From Clostridia bacterium (GTDB lineage: Bacteria > Bacillota > Clostridia > Christensenellales > Aristaeellaceae), in the NCBI GenBank assembly GCA_017526525.1, contig JAFXRG010000053.1, positions 29,765 to 93,764 on the forward strand: a DNA stretch of 64,000 bases, in the 5' to 3' direction. This document shows positions 61,842 through 64,000 of the stretch, piece after piece. The notes under the pieces are model-generated. The model saw nothing but the letters and a program-made list of their open reading frames with translations, searched no databases and was not told the DNA's origin. The position numbers and the translations under genes were made by a program. Position 1 is the first letter of the stretch; every line of letters starts with the position of its first letter.

Positions 61842-63542
61842 ATGAAAAAATCCCTTTCGCTTTTTACTGTATGTGTGCTGATCCTGCTGTCCGTCAGCCT
61901 GTTCCCCTGCCTGCCGGAAATCCCGGGCGTGACCGTTCCGGCCGCGGCAGCGGAAACGGCAGGGGACTGGGATGAACCGGAAGGCGGATACGATCCGGAG
62001 GACTGGCGCAATCCGGAAACCCCGGAAAACCTGGACCTGCCTGTCCTGCCCTTTCTCCTGGTGAACGTGGAGGGCCGGGAGCCTGCCATCAACCGGGAAA
62101 GCGAATGGGTGCTCAAGCTGAAGGATACCTGGGAGGACCGGGATTTGCCTTCCCGGGTGAAATCCGTCAAGCTTCGGCTTTACTGCCACGATATGGACTG
62201 GAAGGACAGCTGGTGCCTGGTCTGGAAAAAAGATTATGAGGGATTTCCGGAAACCATGGTCTGCGGCGACCCGAAAGTTTCCGGCTGGTATCATCTGGTC
62301 GCCACGGTCTACACCGACGATGAGGACGAATGGGTGAATATTACCGCCGGGTTTACCCTGGAAGGTCCGGGCATGGAGCAGATTACCGACCTTCTCAGCG
62401 CGGCCGCCAGGGAATGCCGGGTGCCGGGGGATGAATGGCAGACGGCCATGAACCTGTATCAGTGGCTGCTGGACCACATGACCTATGACGATACCCTTTC
62501 CTTCTCTTCTTCCGATGCGATTCTGCGGGGCACCGGGGTCTGCGACAGTTACTCCCGCCTGTACGCCATGCTGTGCCGGGCGGCGGGGCTGGAGGTTTAC
62601 GTGATCAACGGGGAAACCAACGCCGGCTACCACGCCTGGGACGCGGTGAAAATCGACGGGAAATGGTATTTCGCGGATCCCACCTGGGACGACCATCCCG
62701 ACAACGACCCCGCCATGGACTACAGCCAGCCCACGACGGACGAAAACGGCCTTGCCTACGGGGTGCTGGATTACCGTTATTTTATGCTGAATACGGAACT
62801 GGCCACCATGAACGGCCATGTCACCTACGAATGGCTGGATGCATCCTGGCTTCGCCGGCAGGAGCAGCCGACGGAATCCCTGGACGCCAATTACTATGTG
62901 CATACCGGCCGTGCCGCCGCCTGGGGCATCGGCGAAGGGGACAGCTTCCGCACCGTGCCGGAGCTTGTCCGGGACGCATTCGCCGCCGGTGAAACCATGT
63001 GGAGCTCCCGCAGTATCAATAACAAGCCCATCTTCACCCGGGGCTTTTCGGATCCGCCCTTCCTGGCGGGCAATACGGAAAGGATACTGCTGGGCTGGGC
63101 CCTGAAGGGCATGTCCGTCACCCTGCCGGACGGAAAGGAAATCACCCTGGATACCTACAGCTACAAAATGCCGGACGAATCCGGCTGGGTGGTGAACGTG
63201 TTCCCCGAGGGCCATAGGGAAACGGATGAGCCCCTCCGGGTGGAAATTCCCGCCGGCACAAAGCGCATTGAGGCCGGCGCCTATGAAAATGACCCCCACT
63301 GTGGGGAGGTCATTTGCCCGCCGGGCCTGGAATCCATTGAGTCCCGGGCCTTCGCCAACTGCCGGGCCCTGTGGTCCGTGCACATTCCATCCGATGTGAA
63401 ATCCATCGCCGAAGACGCCTTTGAAGGCAGCCTGGAATTCTGCATCTGGACAGAAAGCCGGGACAGCGTCCCCGCCCGCTTCGCGGAAGAGCACAACATT
63501 CCCCTCTTCATCTACGAAGAAATGGAAGGCAGCAACGGCTGA
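61842..63542 (+). CDS. Secreted transglutaminase-like protein with C-terminal BspA-type LRR
   Basis: Signal peptide; GVCDSYS, HAWDAV, DPTWD triad; IESRAFANC..L.SV.IP..V.SI...AF repeats; 3' half of track ORF 60156-63542. Confidence 0.8.
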   Translation: MKKSLSLFTVCVLILLSVSLFPCLPEIPGVTVPAAAAETAGDWDEPEGGYDPEDWRNPETPENLDLPVLPFLLVNVEGREPAINRESEWVLKLKDTWEDRDLPSRVKSVKLRLYCHDMDWKDSWCLVWKKDYEGFPETMVCGDPKVSGWYHLVATVYTDDEDEWVNITAGFTLEGPGMEQITDLLSAAARECRVPGDEWQTAMNLYQWLLDHMTYDDTLSFSSSDAILRGTGVCDSYSRLYAMLCRAAGLEVYVINGETNAGYHAWDAVKIDGKWYFADPTWDDHPDNDPAMDYSQPTTDENGLAYGVLDYRYFMLNTELATMNGHVTYEWLDASWLRRQEQPTESLDANYYVHTGRAAAWGIGEGDSFRTVPELVRDAFAAGETMWSSRSINNKPIFTRGFSDPPFLAGNTERILLGWALKGMSVTLPDGKEITLDTYSYKMPDESGWVVNVFPEGHRETDEPLRVEIPAGTKRIEAGAYENDPHCGEVICPPGLESIESRAFANCRALWSVHIPSDVKSIAEDAFEGSLEFCIWTESRDSVPARFAEEHNIPLFIYEEMEGSNG

Positions 63543-63546
63543 AGCC

Positions 63547-64000
63547 TCAGAGATTCAGTTTTCCCTCCAAACCGCTTTCCGACCGGAAGTGAACGATGGG
63601 GACGCCCCTTTTCGTTCCCACCCGGAAGTACGCTGTCAGCGTTCCCTCCCGGGTTTTCCGGTAGTTTTCGCTGTAGGGGGTCAGGTCGTCCGGAGTGCCG
63701 TTTTCCAGCCCCATCAGCTCCAGGTCCCCCGTCACCTGGCAGGTCAGGACTTCGTCCTCTGCCGGGTTCCCCTGGGCGTCCAGCAGCTCCGCCTCCACCT
63801 GGACCACCCGGGTTTCCGCCCCTTCCGGTTCCGTTTTTTCCGGTTCCCGGACCGTCAGGCGGATTTCCGCAGCCTTACCGGGGGTGGCCAGCCGGTCCAG
63901 GGCGCCTTCCGTCCGGGCCTCCAGCACCCCCTCCTCATATTCTGCGATCCATATCGCCCGCACGCCATCCGGCTGTTTCTTTCCGAGGCTCCGGCCGTTC
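63547..64000 (-). CDS. C-terminal end of a probable GH2 glycosidase (runs off window end)
   Basis: YEEGVLEA, L.TPG, VE...D.QGN, V.G..EL.GLENG Ig-like tail typical of GH2 enzymes. Confidence 0.6.
   Translation of the reverse strand, partial: NGRSLGKKQPDGVRAIWIAEYEEGVLEARTEGALDRLATPGKAAEIRLTVREPEKTEPEGAETRVVQVEAELLDAQGNPAEDEVLTCQVTGDLELMGLENGTPDDLTPYSENYRKTREGTLTAYFRVGTKRGVPIVHFRSESGLEGKLNL

Noticed and set aside
1-64000. Abundant CCGG/TTCCGGAA words as a dispersed repeat family
   Set aside because: Explained by CCG, CGG and GAA codon preference; no fixed-length element.

Overview
GC-rich chromosomal window from an anaerobic Bacillota (Clostridia-like; the gene style suggests a rumen/gut Christensenellales-type organism, which is inference only). 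It holds about 50 CDS. Housekeeping genes: glnS-gltX followed by tRNA-Gln(CTG) and tRNA-Glu(CTC), typA, prfC, pyrH, glyA, deoB/udp and a short SRP RNA. Signalling: four c-di-GMP turnover proteins and a double-dCache hybrid kinase. Also two GH3 enzymes, many secreted proteins, a polar amino-acid ABC transporter, and a rex-adhE-kinase-hfsABCD-like H2-sensing [FeFe]-hydrogenase cluster. No prophage, transposase, integrase or CRISPR array is visible. Best candidate for an undescribed system: a three-gene operon encoding a YidC/Oxa1-fold domain with altered groove residues fused to an LtaS/sulfatase-like domain, a TagB/F-type glycerophosphotransferase with an N-terminal YIDPGTGS-TM motif, and a CPBP protease. 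Other leads: a double-glycine-leader SH3b mini-protein, an unannotated 45-aa acidic gene with its own promoter and terminator, and a divergent Lgt in a window whose secreted proteins lack lipoboxes. All calls come from motif reading by eye; no searches were run.
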